From an uncultured Chloroflexia bacterium (GTDB lineage: Bacteria > Chloroflexota > Limnocylindria > Limnocylindrales > CSP1-4): 64,000 bases of DNA. Location: positions 32,001 through 96,000 of the forward strand of contig CAVVYR010000001.1 of assembly GCA_963752475.1 (NCBI GenBank). Direction: 5' to 3'. Shown here in pieces: positions 9,096-19,950 of the stretch. The notes below the pieces were generated by a model. It did not search any database. It saw only the letters and a program-made list of their open reading frames with translations, and had not been told where the DNA came from. A program made the position numbers and the translations under genes. The stretch's first letter is position 1, and each line of letters begins with the position of its first letter.

Positions 9096-9923
9096 CTACG
9101 GTGTCGGCGGCCCGATCTGCTCCTGAAGCTGAACCAGCGGTACCTGGCTGACCGTGAGCGTGCCGCCCTGCGGGCGTTCGATGTCGATGATGAGCGTGAT
9201 GACGGCGCCCAGCACGACGATGAGCGCGAGCGCCGTGAGCGGGCTGCGTCGTCCCGTCAGTCCGGCGCTGAAGCCGACCATCCCGAGCGTGAGCGCCGAG
9301 CCGACGAACAACAGGAGCAGGACGGTCTCCGGCACACGGGCATAGATCGCCGCCACCTCACGCGTGGAGGCGACGTCGATCGTCTCGTTGAGCGATTCGG
9401 TGTAGCTCGCGTGATAGACCGCGAGCACCGTCGGGTCGTCGTAGTCGGGCGTCGTCCGTGCGAGCCCCTCGGCGATGGCCCACAGCTCGTCCCGGATCTC
9501 GGCGGCGCGGGCGAGCTCGTCCGCGATGTCGCTCAGGACCACCCCTTCGGTCACGGTCCGCAGCGGGACGTACTCACGGAGCAGCTCCCGGCTCTCGCCC
9601 GCGACAGGCTCGGGCAGGTAGCCGGCACGGAGGTACGTGGTGCCGATCGAGTTGGCCTCTTCGAGCACCAGCCCACGGCGGGTATCGAAGCGGTCGGTGG
9701 CCATGCCCATGGTGATCGCCAGCAGGAAGGCCATGAGCGCGAGGATCGAGCCCACGAGCATGCCCGTAGGTCCTTCCTTCTCCTCGGGCGTGCGGGACTG
9801 CCACCAGCGCCCGAAGCGGAACCCCAGCTCGTAGAGCACGAGCGCGAGCAGGGCGAAGGCCGCGAAGACGCCCGTGATGGGCAGCGAGTCGATGAGATCC
9901 TGGAACAAGGTGACCTCCTTCAC
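9096..9923 (-). CDS. DUF4239/bestrophin-like membrane protein
   Basis: LLAITMGMA.DRFD.RR..VLEEANSIGT.YLR and IIDIERPQGG motifs; 4 TM segments. Confidence 0.8.
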   Translation of the reverse strand: MKEVTLFQDLIDSLPITGVFAAFALLALVLYELGFRFGRWWQSRTPEEKEGPTGMLVGSILALMAFLLAITMGMATDRFDTRRGLVLEEANSIGTTYLRAGYLPEPVAGESRELLREYVPLRTVTEGVVLSDIADELARAAEIRDELWAIAEGLARTTPDYDDPTVLAVYHASYTESLNETIDVASTREVAAIYARVPETVLLLLFVGSALTLGMVGFSAGLTGRRSPLTALALIVVLGAVITLIIDIERPQGGTLTVSQVPLVQLQEQIGPPTP

Positions 9924-10100
9924 GTGCCCTGTCGGCGGGTATCAGCAGGTCGTCGTTGTCCGGGTGGCCGGCCAGGGAGCCGAGCCGGAGCCGAACCAGC
10001 CACGACCCTCATCCACGCCGGAGCGGCGGTGACGTCCACCGGCCATCAAGCGTCTCAGGTACCAAAGCATAGAGCCAGAGCGTGATGCCCAGCGGACCGC

Positions 10101-10205
10101 ACGGTTCCGGGCAAGGGACGGTTCACGATCCTGCGCCTCTACGGCCCCACCGACGGCTACCTCGACCACTCGTGGAAGCCCAGCGACATCACCGCCGCCA
10201 GCTAG
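10101..10205 (+). pseudogene. Orphan 3' fragment of a DUF1254/DUF1214-family gene
   Basis: Reads TVPGKGRFTILRLYGPTDGYLDHSWKPSDITAAS*, the typical DUF1214 C-terminus. No upstream gene body. Confidence 0.65.
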
Positions 10206-10306
10206 GCGATCAGTCGCATGGCGACGGATCGCGCGCGGAGCGAGATGCTGAGATCCTGATCGGCGCCAGACAGGAAACAACGCGCCTCGAAAGCGAGGCT
10301 GCACGG

Positions 10307-11059
10307 TCAGGCCGCAGAATCCCCCGCGCTCTCCGCCTCAGAGGTGGAGCCCACGTCGAGGACGAGCCAGATGACGCCGGCGAGGGCGGCACCGATGGCC
10401 GGGAACAGGATGAAGGCCCAGACCTGGCCGAGCGCCCAGTCACCCTGGAAGACGGCCGTGCCGATCGAACGAGCCGGGTTAACCGACGCGTTCGACACCG
10501 GGATCGAGATCATGTGCACGAGGGTCAGGCCGATGCCGGCGGCGATGGGGCCGAAGCCCTTGGGCACGCCGAGCTCGTTCGTCGTGCCCAGCACGATGAG
10601 GACGAAGACCGCGGTGACCACGATCTCGAGGATCGCGACCGAGAGCAGATCGAAGCCCGCCGGCGAGTGCGCGCCATAGCCGTTCGAGGCGAATCCGGCG
10701 TCCTGCGCCATGGCGAAGTAGCCGTCCGTGCCCAGCAGGATGAGCGCGAGGATGCCCGCACCGAGGATGCCGCCGATGACCTGACCGGTGAAGTAGGGCC
10801 ACGACTTCGCAGGCTGGAGCTTGCCCGCGATAAGCATGCCGATGGTCACCGCGGGATTGATGTGACAGCCCGAGACACGGCCGATGAGATAGGCCATCGC
10901 GAGGAGGCTGAAGCCGAAGGCGAGCGACACACCGAGGATGCCGACGCTGAGGCCCTCGTTGAAGCCGCCGGTGGCGAAGATGGCGGTGCCGGCTCCCCCG
11001 ATCACCAGGACCGCGGTGCCGAGGGCCTCGGCCAACCCGATCCGCAGCTCGTCGTTCAT
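10307..11059 (-). CDS. aqpZ: Aquaporin Z (MIP family)
   Basis: SGCHINPAVT and NASVNPARS NPA boxes; GFASNGYGAHSP loop. Confidence 0.95.
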   Translation of the reverse strand: MNDELRIGLAEALGTAVLVIGGAGTAIFATGGFNEGLSVGILGVSLAFGFSLLAMAYLIGRVSGCHINPAVTIGMLIAGKLQPAKSWPYFTGQVIGGILGAGILALILLGTDGYFAMAQDAGFASNGYGAHSPAGFDLLSVAILEIVVTAVFVLIVLGTTNELGVPKGFGPIAAGIGLTLVHMISIPVSNASVNPARSIGTAVFQGDWALGQVWAFILFPAIGAALAGVIWLVLDVGSTSEAESAGDSAA

Positions 11060-11245
11060 CTCTCCACTCCCTCTCTGGCGGCTATTCGCTCAGGACTCTA
11101 GCTCAGTGCGCGACCCCACCGCGACCCGGGCAGGATGGCGAAGGCGTCGGTGGCAACGTCACGACACGGTCACAGCGGCCCGCTAGCTTCGTGCACGCTG
11201 GCGCAGGCCGGTCCTCACACGAACCAAACGACAGGGGTCGAACCC

Positions 11246-11914
11246 ATGAGAGACAAGCTACTGGTGACGCTGACGCTGGTCGGGCTGACGCTCGCGCTGG
11301 TGGTGTTCAGCGTCGCCGCGAGCGACCAGGACGAAACCGTCGAAGCCAAGGCGGCCATCCCCGAGGACGCCGCGCTGGCCACCTTCGCCGGCGGCTGCTT
11401 CTGGTGCACCGAGGCGGCCTTCGAGAAGACCGAGGGCGTCCACGAAGCCATCTCCGGCTTCACCGGCGGCGACGTCGAGGACCCGACATACCAGCAGGTC
11501 GTGACCGGCACCACCGGCCACGCCGAGGCGGCGCAGGTCTACTTCGACCCCGACGTCGTCAGCTACGACGAGCTGTTGACGATCTACTGGCGCACCATCG
11601 ACCCGACCGATGCAGACGGGCAGCGCTTCGACCGCGGGACGCAGTACCGGACGGCGATCTTCTACCACGACGACGAGCAGCGGGCGCTGGCCGAGGCCTC
11701 ACGTGACGCCCTCGACGAGAGCGGCCGTTTCGACGTGCCGATCGTGACCGAGATCCTCGAGGCGGGCACCTTCTACCCGGCCGAGGAGTACCACCAGGAC
11801 TTCTACCTCAAGGCCCCTGAGCGCTACGAGGCCTACGTCGAAGGCTCCCTCTACGACCCCTTCCTGGAGTCCATCTGGGGCCCGGCTGAGGAACTCAGAG
11901 CGGACGACGAATAG
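11246..11914 (+). CDS. msrA: Peptide-methionine (S)-S-oxide reductase with N-terminal signal/anchor
   Basis: FAGGCFWC, TGHAEA, GTQYRTAIF and FYPAEEYHQDFY motifs. Confidence 0.95.
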   Translation: MRDKLLVTLTLVGLTLALVVFSVAASDQDETVEAKAAIPEDAALATFAGGCFWCTEAAFEKTEGVHEAISGFTGGDVEDPTYQQVVTGTTGHAEAAQVYFDPDVVSYDELLTIYWRTIDPTDADGQRFDRGTQYRTAIFYHDDEQRALAEASRDALDESGRFDVPIVTEILEAGTFYPAEEYHQDFYLKAPERYEAYVEGSLYDPFLESIWGPAEELRADDE

Positions 11915-12353
11915 CCGATCGGGCTGCGGCTACCCGCGGTGTCGGAGGCCTGAACGGATCCTCCACGCGGATCCCGTCGTAGTCGGTCCCATGGTCGAGG
12001 TCCTCGGAGAGCACGACCGAGCAGCCAAGGGCTCGTCCGGCCTCGAGGATGGCCGCGTCCCAGTAGGAAATGCCGAACCGGCGTCGCGTCGACAGTGCCG
12101 CTGCCATCACATCGACGGTCACAGCCTGCACAGGGAACCGACACCACGACTCCACCAAGCCCACGGCCTGTTCGTGGGTGATCGCATCGCCGCGGCTGGC
12201 ACGCGTGGACTGGACGTAGAACTCCTGCAGGACCTGGACCGAGAGCCCGATCCCTCCGGCGGCCAGGATCTCGTTGGCCCGAACGGCCTTGTCGTGCTCC
12301 TCGGGGTCCTGCGAGATGGCATAGAGCAGGATGTTCGTGTCAGCGAAGCGCAC
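11895..12353 (-). CDS. PIN-domain (VapC-like) toxin
   Basis: FADTNILLY, SVQVLQEFY, SYWDAAI and LSEDL motifs. GTG start overlaps the antitoxin end. Confidence 0.92.
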   Translation of the reverse strand: MRFADTNILLYAISQDPEEHDKAVRANEILAAGGIGLSVQVLQEFYVQSTRASRGDAITHEQAVGLVESWCRFPVQAVTVDVMAAALSTRRRFGISYWDAAILEAGRALGCSVVLSEDLDHGTDYDGIRVEDPFRPPTPRVAAARSAIRRPL

Positions 12354-12579
12354 GGTCGTGGACCACATCTCGCTGGAGTCGGTCGGCTGCTCGGAATCCC
12401 TTGATGCCGGCCTGGATGCGACGCTGCTGCGCTTCCAGACGAGCGAACTCGGAATCCGCACCAGATACGGAGCGCAGGTACTCGGCGACCATGCCGCTCA
12501 CCGAGCGTCCCTCCTCCGCAGCGCGGATACGAGCAGCCCGGTAGACGTCGTCCGGCACCGATACGGTGATGTTCTTCAT
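12340..12579 (-). CDS. Ribbon-helix-helix-type antitoxin (VapB-like)
   Basis: MKNITVSVPDDVYRAARIRAAEEGRSVSGMVAEYL; directly upstream of the PIN gene. Confidence 0.88.
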   Translation of the reverse strand: MKNITVSVPDDVYRAARIRAAEEGRSVSGMVAEYLRSVSGADSEFARLEAQQRRIQAGIKGFRAADRLQRDVVHDRALR

Positions 12580-12592
12580 CGCGAGGACCTTA

Positions 12593-12632
12593 TCACAGTC
12601 TCACAGTCACACAGTCACACAGTCTCACAGTC
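12593..12632. repeat. Five tandem 8-bp repeats (WCACAGTC) over the antitoxin promoter
   Basis: tcacagtc tcacagtc acacagtc acacagtc tcacagtc, abutting the minus-strand TGA-TAAGGT -10 element. Confidence 0.9.
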
Positions 12633-12730
12633 TCATCTCACCGTTGCGCGATCTCCCGTTGATCTGGCACTCGACACCTGGCTGACCGTCTCGTCACGAC
12701 ACGGTCACAGGTCCTCGTCACGGTGCTGCC

Positions 12731-14209
12731 ATGTCGTACCGTCGCGCGTTCCTTGCTCCCATCCTGGCCGTGCTGCTGCTCCCGACGCCGGTGGGTGCCC
12801 AGGAGCCGACCACCGGCGTAGAGGCCGCCGACCAGATCGTGCCTCCGACCGTCACGAGCACGGTGCGCAACCAGCTTGGCTTCGCCTTCCCCGAACCACC
12901 GACCACGCCGGAGGGTCCAGCCGACCCGGAGCTCGTCGAGGCGGTCGACCGGCTCTTCGGCTCCCTGCGCGACGGCGTCGATACCACCGCCCTGGCAGAC
13001 ATCGGCGAGGCGAAGGACCCGCGTGCGGCCTGGCTCATCTCGGACCTGCTCCGCTTCTTCGGACCGGGTCCGGTGTTCGACACCGGCCAGGCCTCGTTCG
13101 AAGGCCTGACCGGCGCGGACCTGTCGGCCGATCCCGTGTCGGCCCGGAGCCCGTGGCAGTCGATGACCGACCACCTCATCGCCTGGGACACCCCGGCTTT
13201 GCCGGACTACGAACGCTGGAAGGGCGCGCTCTTCACGCTCGTCGACCCCCGCTGGGCGCCGTTCTTCGATGATGAGGACGCCGCGATCGATTGGCGGCTC
13301 GTGTCCTGGGGTGGCGTGCTCATGGACGACCGGCCCTTCGGCGCGACCGAGCCCTGCGAGTTCGGCTGCATCCCGGCGCTCGACGATCCGGCCGTGACCG
13401 ACGCCGCGGAAGGCGACTGGTATCCCGACGACCGGCTCGTCTTCGGCGTGACCGTGAACGACGAGTCGCGCGCCTACCCCAAGCACATCATGGAAGTCCA
13501 CGAGATGGTCAACGATGAGCTCGGTGGGCGCAGGTTGGCCATCCCCTACTGCACGCTCTGTGGCTCGGCCCAGGCCTACTTCACCGATGACGTGGAGGGA
13601 GCCGACGAGATGCCGGTGCTGCGCACGTCCGGGCTGCTCTCGCGCTCGAACAAGGTCATGTTCGACCTGCCCACCTTCTCCGTCTTCGACACCTTCAGCG
13701 GCGAGGCCCTCTCCGGCCCGCTACACGATGCCGGCGTCGAGCTGGCGCAGGCTTCGGTGGTGACCTCGACGTGGGGCGCGTGGAAGGCCGCGCACCCGGA
13801 CACGACCATCCTGGCCGAGGACGGTGGCATCGGCGCTGAGTACCCCTTCGATCCACTCGGCGGACGCGACGACGCCGGCGCCATCTTCCCCATCGGCGAT
13901 GTCGATGAGCGCCTGCCGGCGCAGGAGAAGGTGCTGGGCGTCTTCACCGACGACGGGCGGGCGCTGGCCTTCCCGGTGGCCGCGGCCCGGGCCGAGCTGG
14001 ACGCTGGTCGGCCGGTCTCTGCCCTCGGCGTGAGCGTCGTTGCGGACGCGGGCGGAGTACGCGCCGAACGCGAGGACGGCAGCGAGATCGTGAGCCATGA
14101 GGCCTTCTGGTTCGCCTGGAGCCAGTTCAATCCCGACACCCTGCTGTGGACGGAGCGAGGTCGGGGCGAAGGACGCGCGGCGACGAGCCCAGCTAGGTCC
14201 TGCGAGTGA
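12731..14209 (+). CDS. Secreted DUF3179-domain protein
   Basis: Signal peptide; CIPALDDP, RAYP..IM..HEMVND, YCTLCGS, TSGLL.SNKVM and FWFAWSQFNPDT motifs. Confidence 0.88.
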   Translation: MSYRRAFLAPILAVLLLPTPVGAQEPTTGVEAADQIVPPTVTSTVRNQLGFAFPEPPTTPEGPADPELVEAVDRLFGSLRDGVDTTALADIGEAKDPRAAWLISDLLRFFGPGPVFDTGQASFEGLTGADLSADPVSARSPWQSMTDHLIAWDTPALPDYERWKGALFTLVDPRWAPFFDDEDAAIDWRLVSWGGVLMDDRPFGATEPCEFGCIPALDDPAVTDAAEGDWYPDDRLVFGVTVNDESRAYPKHIMEVHEMVNDELGGRRLAIPYCTLCGSAQAYFTDDVEGADEMPVLRTSGLLSRSNKVMFDLPTFSVFDTFSGEALSGPLHDAGVELAQASVVTSTWGAWKAAHPDTTILAEDGGIGAEYPFDPLGGRDDAGAIFPIGDVDERLPAQEKVLGVFTDDGRALAFPVAAARAELDAGRPVSALGVSVVADAGGVRAEREDGSEIVSHEAFWFAWSQFNPDTLLWTERGRGEGRAATSPARSCE

Positions 14210-14288
14210 ACGCTGGCGGCCAGCGCACGGTCGACGTCGAAGCTCGCGGCCGAGCCGGTCGCGGCCGAAGATGCAGAGGGATCGATCC

Positions 14289-14828
14289 ATGACGACAGAA
14301 CGCCGAGGCCGAGGGCTTCGCCGACGGGACATCGTGCGCGACCGCAAAGGCACGTCCGAGGGCGCGAGCCGGCCACCTCACGACCGGCATGGCGATCCGT
14401 CGAAGCCGAAGCGCGGACGACCGGGGTCCACTCCGAGACACGACTCGCTAGGAATGGCATCCCGACCCCATCAGCTACATGTAGTACTTCACGTCCGACC
14501 GGAGTCGCCAAGGTTGGGCATTGCGCAAGCGCTCCAGACCGTTACTTCGTCATCCGCGGCGAGGTCGAATTGGTGCTCTACGACGTGCGGCCGGATTCGC
14601 CCACGCTCGGCCAGATCTGCAAGCTCGCCCTCACGGAACGAGACCACCTCATCGTCAATGTCCCCATCCATGTGTGGCATGCGACACGCAACATCGGAGA
14701 TGGGGAGGCCCTCATCGTCAATCTGCCCACGCGGCTGTACGACCACGCAGGATCCAGACAAGTACCGACTGCCGCTCGACACGCCCCTCATCCCCTATTC
14801 CTTCGGCGACACTCGCGGCTGGCGATGA
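14289..14828 (+). CDS. RmlC-like cupin (dTDP-sugar 3,5-epimerase family), frameshifted
   Basis: Fragments in different frames: DDRG, VLYDVRPDSPT, VPIHVWHATRN, DPDKYRLPLDTPLIPY. Confidence 0.7.
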   Translation: MTTERRGRGLRRRDIVRDRKGTSEGASRPPHDRHGDPSKPKRGRPGSTPRHDSLGMASRPHQLHVVLHVRPESPRLGIAQALQTVTSSSAARSNWCSTTCGRIRPRSARSASSPSRNETTSSSMSPSMCGMRHATSEMGRPSSSICPRGCTTTQDPDKYRLPLDTPLIPYSFGDTRGWR

Positions 14829-14861
14829 CTTGATACGTCGCGTGAGCGAGGTGGGCTCCTG

Positions 14862-15826
14862 ATGGCTCGGCGCTTCAGCGTGCTGTTGCCACGCACGACC
14901 GCGCCGATGTCGTGGGCTACGCCATCAGGTCGGTCCTCGCTCAGACGGAGCAAGACTTCGAGTTCCTGGTCGTCGGGGATGGCTGCAGCGATGACACCGC
15001 ATCCGTCATCGATTCGTTCGCGGACGAGCGCATCAGCTGGTTCGACCTGCCCAAGGCTCCGAACTTCGGCTACGCCAACCGCAACGTCGCGCTGCGCGAG
15101 GCGACTGGCGAGATGATCGCGTTCATGGCCCACGACGATCTCCTCCTGCACGACCATCTGGAGCTCATGGGTGAGGCCCTCGAGCAGCCCGAGGTGGAGT
15201 GGGCGTACAGCCGGCCGCTATGGATGGACGATGCGGGCGTGGCGATCCCGTTCGTCGTCGACCTTCGTCGACCCGAAGCGCTCCGTGTCTTCATGGAGGA
15301 CCACAACTCGATCCCAGCGTCGTGCGTGGTGTTCCGTCGCGATTGCCTCGACCGATATGGCTACTGGCCCGAAGAGGCACCTCGCTCGGGTGACTGGGAA
15401 CTGTGGCGTCGCATCATCGGGCCCTCGGGTGGAGCCAACCTCGCGTATTGCCCGGCCGTCACCTGCATCGACTTCCGGGCGAACTGGCGGAAGGGTGCCG
15501 TGTGGGGGCCGTCGCCGCTCGGGGAGTGGCTAGCCGAGTCCGCGACCTCCTGGTGGCCAGAAGCCCTGCGACTGAGACTCAAGCCGGACACCTTGCCTCA
15601 GGCAGAGGTGTGGCATCGACTCGAAGCCGACCCTAGCGGCTGGGGTGATCGGATGCGCGAGGGCGTGATCGATGTCGTCGATGGCGCCGCCTGGGCTTCG
15701 CCCGAGCTACGCGCGAGCTGGCAGCGCGCAGCCGAACGCGCGGAAGCGTCCAGGGCCGCGTCGACGAGCTGCACGATCGCGTCGACGTACTGCAGGGTCC
15801 CTTGGACGCTAGCGCCCATGAACTAG
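14862..15826 (+). CDS. Glycosyltransferase family 2 (frameshifted near both ends)
   Basis: AIRSVLAQT.QDFE.LVVGDGCSDDT, RNVAL, AFMAHDDL and GDWELWRR motifs. Confidence 0.85.
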
Positions 15827-16053
15827 AGCGGTGGACCGACGAGTCGAATCTCCTGTGCCGCGAGCAATAGCCGCCGTGCAGGCGACGAACGAGCACTCCT
15901 TGGCTCGACCTCATGGCACGTCACGGCCCCACTTCGCTTGCTCGGTGCGAAGGTGCGACAGTCGCGCACGTGCTCGGGCCGGATGACCCTGCGGCCTCGT
16001 GGTGGGGTCGGTAGTGTCAGCGGACCAGCGGTGAGCACGATCGAGGAGCATCC

Positions 16054-17074
16054 ATGGAACTGACCCGAAGCGAGCGCGTGCGGCGGGCCCTGACCTATCA
16101 GGAGGTCGACCGTCTGCCCACGCAGTTCAACTTCACCGGCTCCATGGGCGAAGCGATGGCCCAGCACTTCGGGGTCGACGTGGCCGACCTGCCCGGGCGC
16201 CTCGACAACCACCTCGTGCGCCTCGACCTGACCTACGAGTCCCGCCTCAGCGAGGACGGCCGCGCCAGGTTCGACTGGTGGGGTGCCGGCCACGACACCG
16301 AGGAAGAGGGCTACTACATCCGGGTCGAACCCGCTCCTCGAGGATCCCGACCTCGACAAGCACGACTGGCCGGACCCGCACGATCCGCATCTCCTCGACG
16401 ACGCCGAGGCCGTGCGCGAGCGGGTCGGCGACAGCGCCTTCGTGGTGCCCAACATCGGCTGGGCCCTCTTCGAGCGCGCCTGGTCGCTGCGCGGCATGGA
16501 GAACATGCTCCTCGAGATCGCCCTCGACCCCGACTACATCGGCGAGCTGCTCGACCGCATCGTGGACATCCGCCTCGTGGTCATCGAGCGCTACCTCGAG
16601 CTCGGCGTCGACGGCGGCTACTTCGGCGACGACTACGGCGCCCAGGTCTCGACGCTCTTCTCTCCGGCCGACTGGCGGAAGCTCATCAAGCCGCGGCTGG
16701 CGCGCCTCTTCGCGCCGTTCCTCGACCGCGGCCTGCCGGTGATGATGCACTCCGACGGCGACATCGCCCCCATCGTCCCCGACCTCGTGGAGATCGGCCT
16801 GACCGCGCTCAACCCGGTCCAGCCCGAGGTCGTGGACCACGAGTGGCTGCACGAGGAGTTCGACGGGAAGCTGGCCTTCTACGGCGGCGTCTCGACCCAG
16901 ACGGTGCTGCCCTACGGCTCGCCCGAGGAGGTCAAGGAGGCGGCCCGCAAGTGCGTGGCCGACCTGGCGCCCAACGGCACGGGCCTGATGCTGGCGCCCT
17001 CGCATCGGATGATGAGCGACATCTCGATGGAGAACATCGAGGCCCTCAAGGAGGCCATGGAGGAGCTGGCCTGA
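16054..17074 (+). CDS. Uroporphyrinogen decarboxylase/MtaA-CmuA family protein (one frameshift near 16325)
   Basis: LFERAWSLRGMEN, FGDDYG, MHSDGDI, LNPVQPE, FYGGVSTQ and PSH motifs. Confidence 0.88.
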
Positions 17075-17077
17075 GCC

Positions 17078-18258
17078 ATGGATCGGAGCCGGCGCGGTCG
17101 AGGCCCTCACGCTCGAGTTCGCGAAGCTCTACGGCGCGCCACCGACCGACTGGTTCCGGGCGCCCGGCCGGGTGGACCTGATGGGCAGCCACACCGACTA
17201 CAACGACGGCTTCGTGGCCACCATGACCGTCGACCGCGACACCTGGCTGGCCATCCGGCCGCGGACCGACCGGCGGGTGCGCATCGCCACGCTGAACCTG
17301 CCGGGCTCGGCCGACTTCGCGCTCGAGGCCATCGAGCACGATGCCGAGGTGCCCTGGACCGACTACGTCCGCGGCGCGGCCCAGGTGCTGAAGCGACGAC
17401 GGGATCGACGTCGAGGGCTTCGACGGACTGCTGCACAGCACCGTGCCCTTCGGCAGCGGGCTGTCGTCGTCGGCGGCCATCGAGTCGGTGGTGCTGCTGG
17501 CCTTCGCTTCGGTCAGCGGGGTGCGAGATCGAGCCGCTGCGAGCTGGCGCTGCTGGGCCAGCGGGTGGAGAACGAGTTCGTGGGCGTGGCCTGCGGCATC
17601 CTCGACCAGTACACCTCGGTGCTGGGGACGGCGGGGCATGCGCTGCTGCTCGACTGCCGGGAGCTGACGAGCCGAGGCGGTGAGATCGCGCCGGACGCTG
17701 GCGGTGGTCATCTGCGACACGCGCGCGCCGCGGCAGCTGACCGGCTCCGAGTACGACGAGCGGCGGGCACAGTGCGAGGCCGGCGCCGCCCACTTCGCCG
17801 GCTGCGACCCGGACGTCAGGGCCCTGCGCGACGTGCCGCTGGAGCTGTTCGAGGCCCACGAGGCGGAGCTGGACCCGGTCGTGGCGCGGCGCTGCCGCTT
17901 CATCATCGAGGAGAACGAGCGAGTGCTGCGACCTGGCCGAGGCCGCTGCCCAGCGGCGACCGCGAGGTGCTCGGCCGCTCTTCGACGCCTCCTTGGCGGG
18001 CGCCACCGGCTCTTCGAGATCGGCGCGCCCTCGATGGAGGCGATGCACGACGCCATGACCGGCGCCCCGGGCTCATCGCCCGGCGCCAGGCCGGTGCCGG
18101 GCTTCGGCGGCTGCCTCGTGGCGATCGTGGACCGCTGGATCGGTAGAGGACTTCGCGGCGCACGTCGAGCCGCGAGTACTACGGCGCCACGGGCATCGAG
18201 CCCAGCGTCTTCGGCGTCGAGGCCTCGGCCGGGCGCGTGCCGCCTCGAGGTCGGCTGA
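17078..18258 (+). CDS. galK: Galactokinase (GHMP family), several frameshifts
   Basis: APGRVDLMGSHTDYNDG, VPFGSGLSSSAA, CGILDQY, LLLDCR and GFGGC motifs. Confidence 0.85.
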
Positions 18259-18458
18259 GCCGCCCGAACCGGGCCGGCAGCAAGTCTCCCGAGCGGAAGC
18301 TACCGGTCAGATCGTAGCGCGGAGGGCGCCTGCCGGACCGAAGCCTGACCGTTCGCGGCTCGATGCCCCGGGTACCATGGGAGCAGCGAACCGCCCACGA
18401 GGGTGAGGTCCAGGACCAAGAGCATCGAACGAGCCTTGGCTATCGAAGACTCCGAGAC

Positions 18459-19882
18459 ATGAGCGCGCACGCTCGTTCTCGACGTCGACAACGCGACGAC
18501 GCCGACGGGACGACCATCGAGTCGAGCTCACGACTGGAAGCACCCGACGCCGCACCAGAGGTCAGCCGAGCGACGTTCAAACACGAAGCAAAGCGTCGAC
18601 ACCACAGGTACTCGATGGGTACGTCTTCGCCGTGCTTCATCTACGCCTTTGCACGCGCAGACCGGGTCGTGGTCAACGGCCCGGTGTCGGCAAAGGCCTG
18701 CGGAACGCGCAAATCCTAGGGGAAGCTGGAACGCCTGGCTTCCGGATCTATATCGCCCATCGAGACCACCCCAGAGGCGGTCGTGTCCGAGTCCGACCTG
18801 CGTGCGGCAGAGACCCTCAGCCAGAGGACACGAGCGATCGCGGCCTTCTCGGGCGGGGTGGATTTGACGTTCCTGGCCCTGCGACACTCGACCGGGACGC
18901 TGGGGAGTGCATCGTTCCCTCTCGACGACGTCGTGCTCGTTCACGGGTTCGATGTCGATGAGGGCAACTCCACGGGCTTCGGTGAACTGCTCGCGCGAAC
19001 GCGACCGCTGACCGACTCCCTCGTAACCTGCTGTACATGTGGTTCGGACGAACGCCAAGGATGCGCGGAGCAGCAGCAGGGGAGCACTAACACGGAGCGC
19101 CGCTGGCCTCCATCCTGCATCAGTTCGCCGACAGTTTCGAGTACGGCCTCATAGGGAGCACCGGGACGTTCCGCACCGTACACGACTGGGGTTCACGGGC
19201 AGTACGGACCACCTCTTCTCGGGCGGCCACTTCGAAGTCGTCCATGCGCGTGCCGGAACACAAGAACCGCCAAGATCGAGTCGACGCGCCACCTCTCGCG
19301 AAGCGAGACATTGAAGGTGTGCTTCGACGGCACCGACCAGGCCGGAACTGTGGTGCCTGCCGACAAGTGCATCCTAACGCGGCTGGGATTCCTGGCCGTC
19401 GGCCACCCCCCCCGGAGTGCTTCGATACGCCCTTCGACCAGGATAGAATCGTCCCTGTCGACCATACGGATCCCGAGCTTGACGACCATCCTCGCTATCG
19501 CGAGACGCCGAGGGGTCGAGGAGCAGTGGGTCCGGATGCTCAGCGAGCGCGTCGCGGAGCTGACCGAGCAGCCGGCGCCGAACGCGACCTCGCCGAACGT
19601 ACCGCACTCGCCGACCGGGACGCCGCAGTGGCGGCACGTGACGCGGCGACAGTGGCCGAGACGAGGCGAGCTCGCCCGTGACAGGGCATTGGTCGCTCGA
19701 CGGTCGAGCGCTCGCGCTCGTGACAAGGCCGTCGCCGCTCGGAGCCGAGCCGTGGCGGCTCAGCGCTCACGACTCGGAGCCGCCCGGGAGCCGTCGAGAG
19801 CAGCCGGACCTGGCGGTGGAGCGCCTGGTATCGTCGGCTCGGCGCCAGCCTCCGTTCTGGACTCGTGGGACGGTCGGAGTAG
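18459..19882 (+). CDS. PP-loop (SGGxDS) protein with C-terminal heptad repeats, copy 1, badly frameshifted
   Basis: AIAAFSGGVD, VLVHGFDV, DHLFSGGHFEVVH and KVCF..CDKCI; ends SRTWRWSAWYRRLG. Parallel to 19951-21329. Confidence 0.6.
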
Positions 19883-19950
19883 CGGACGCCCACCAGGCGA
19901 ATTGCGGACCTGGAGCGTCGGCGCGCCTTGGCTGTGGGAGACTCCGGAGA

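Noticed and set aside
6017-12632. Mobile element or prophage implied by two TA pairs
   Set aside because: I found no integrase, transposase, terminal repeats, tRNA target or phage genes.
16054-17074. hemE (heme biosynthesis)
   Set aside because: It lacks the RQAGR N-terminal motif of true UroD, and no tetrapyrrole genes are nearby.
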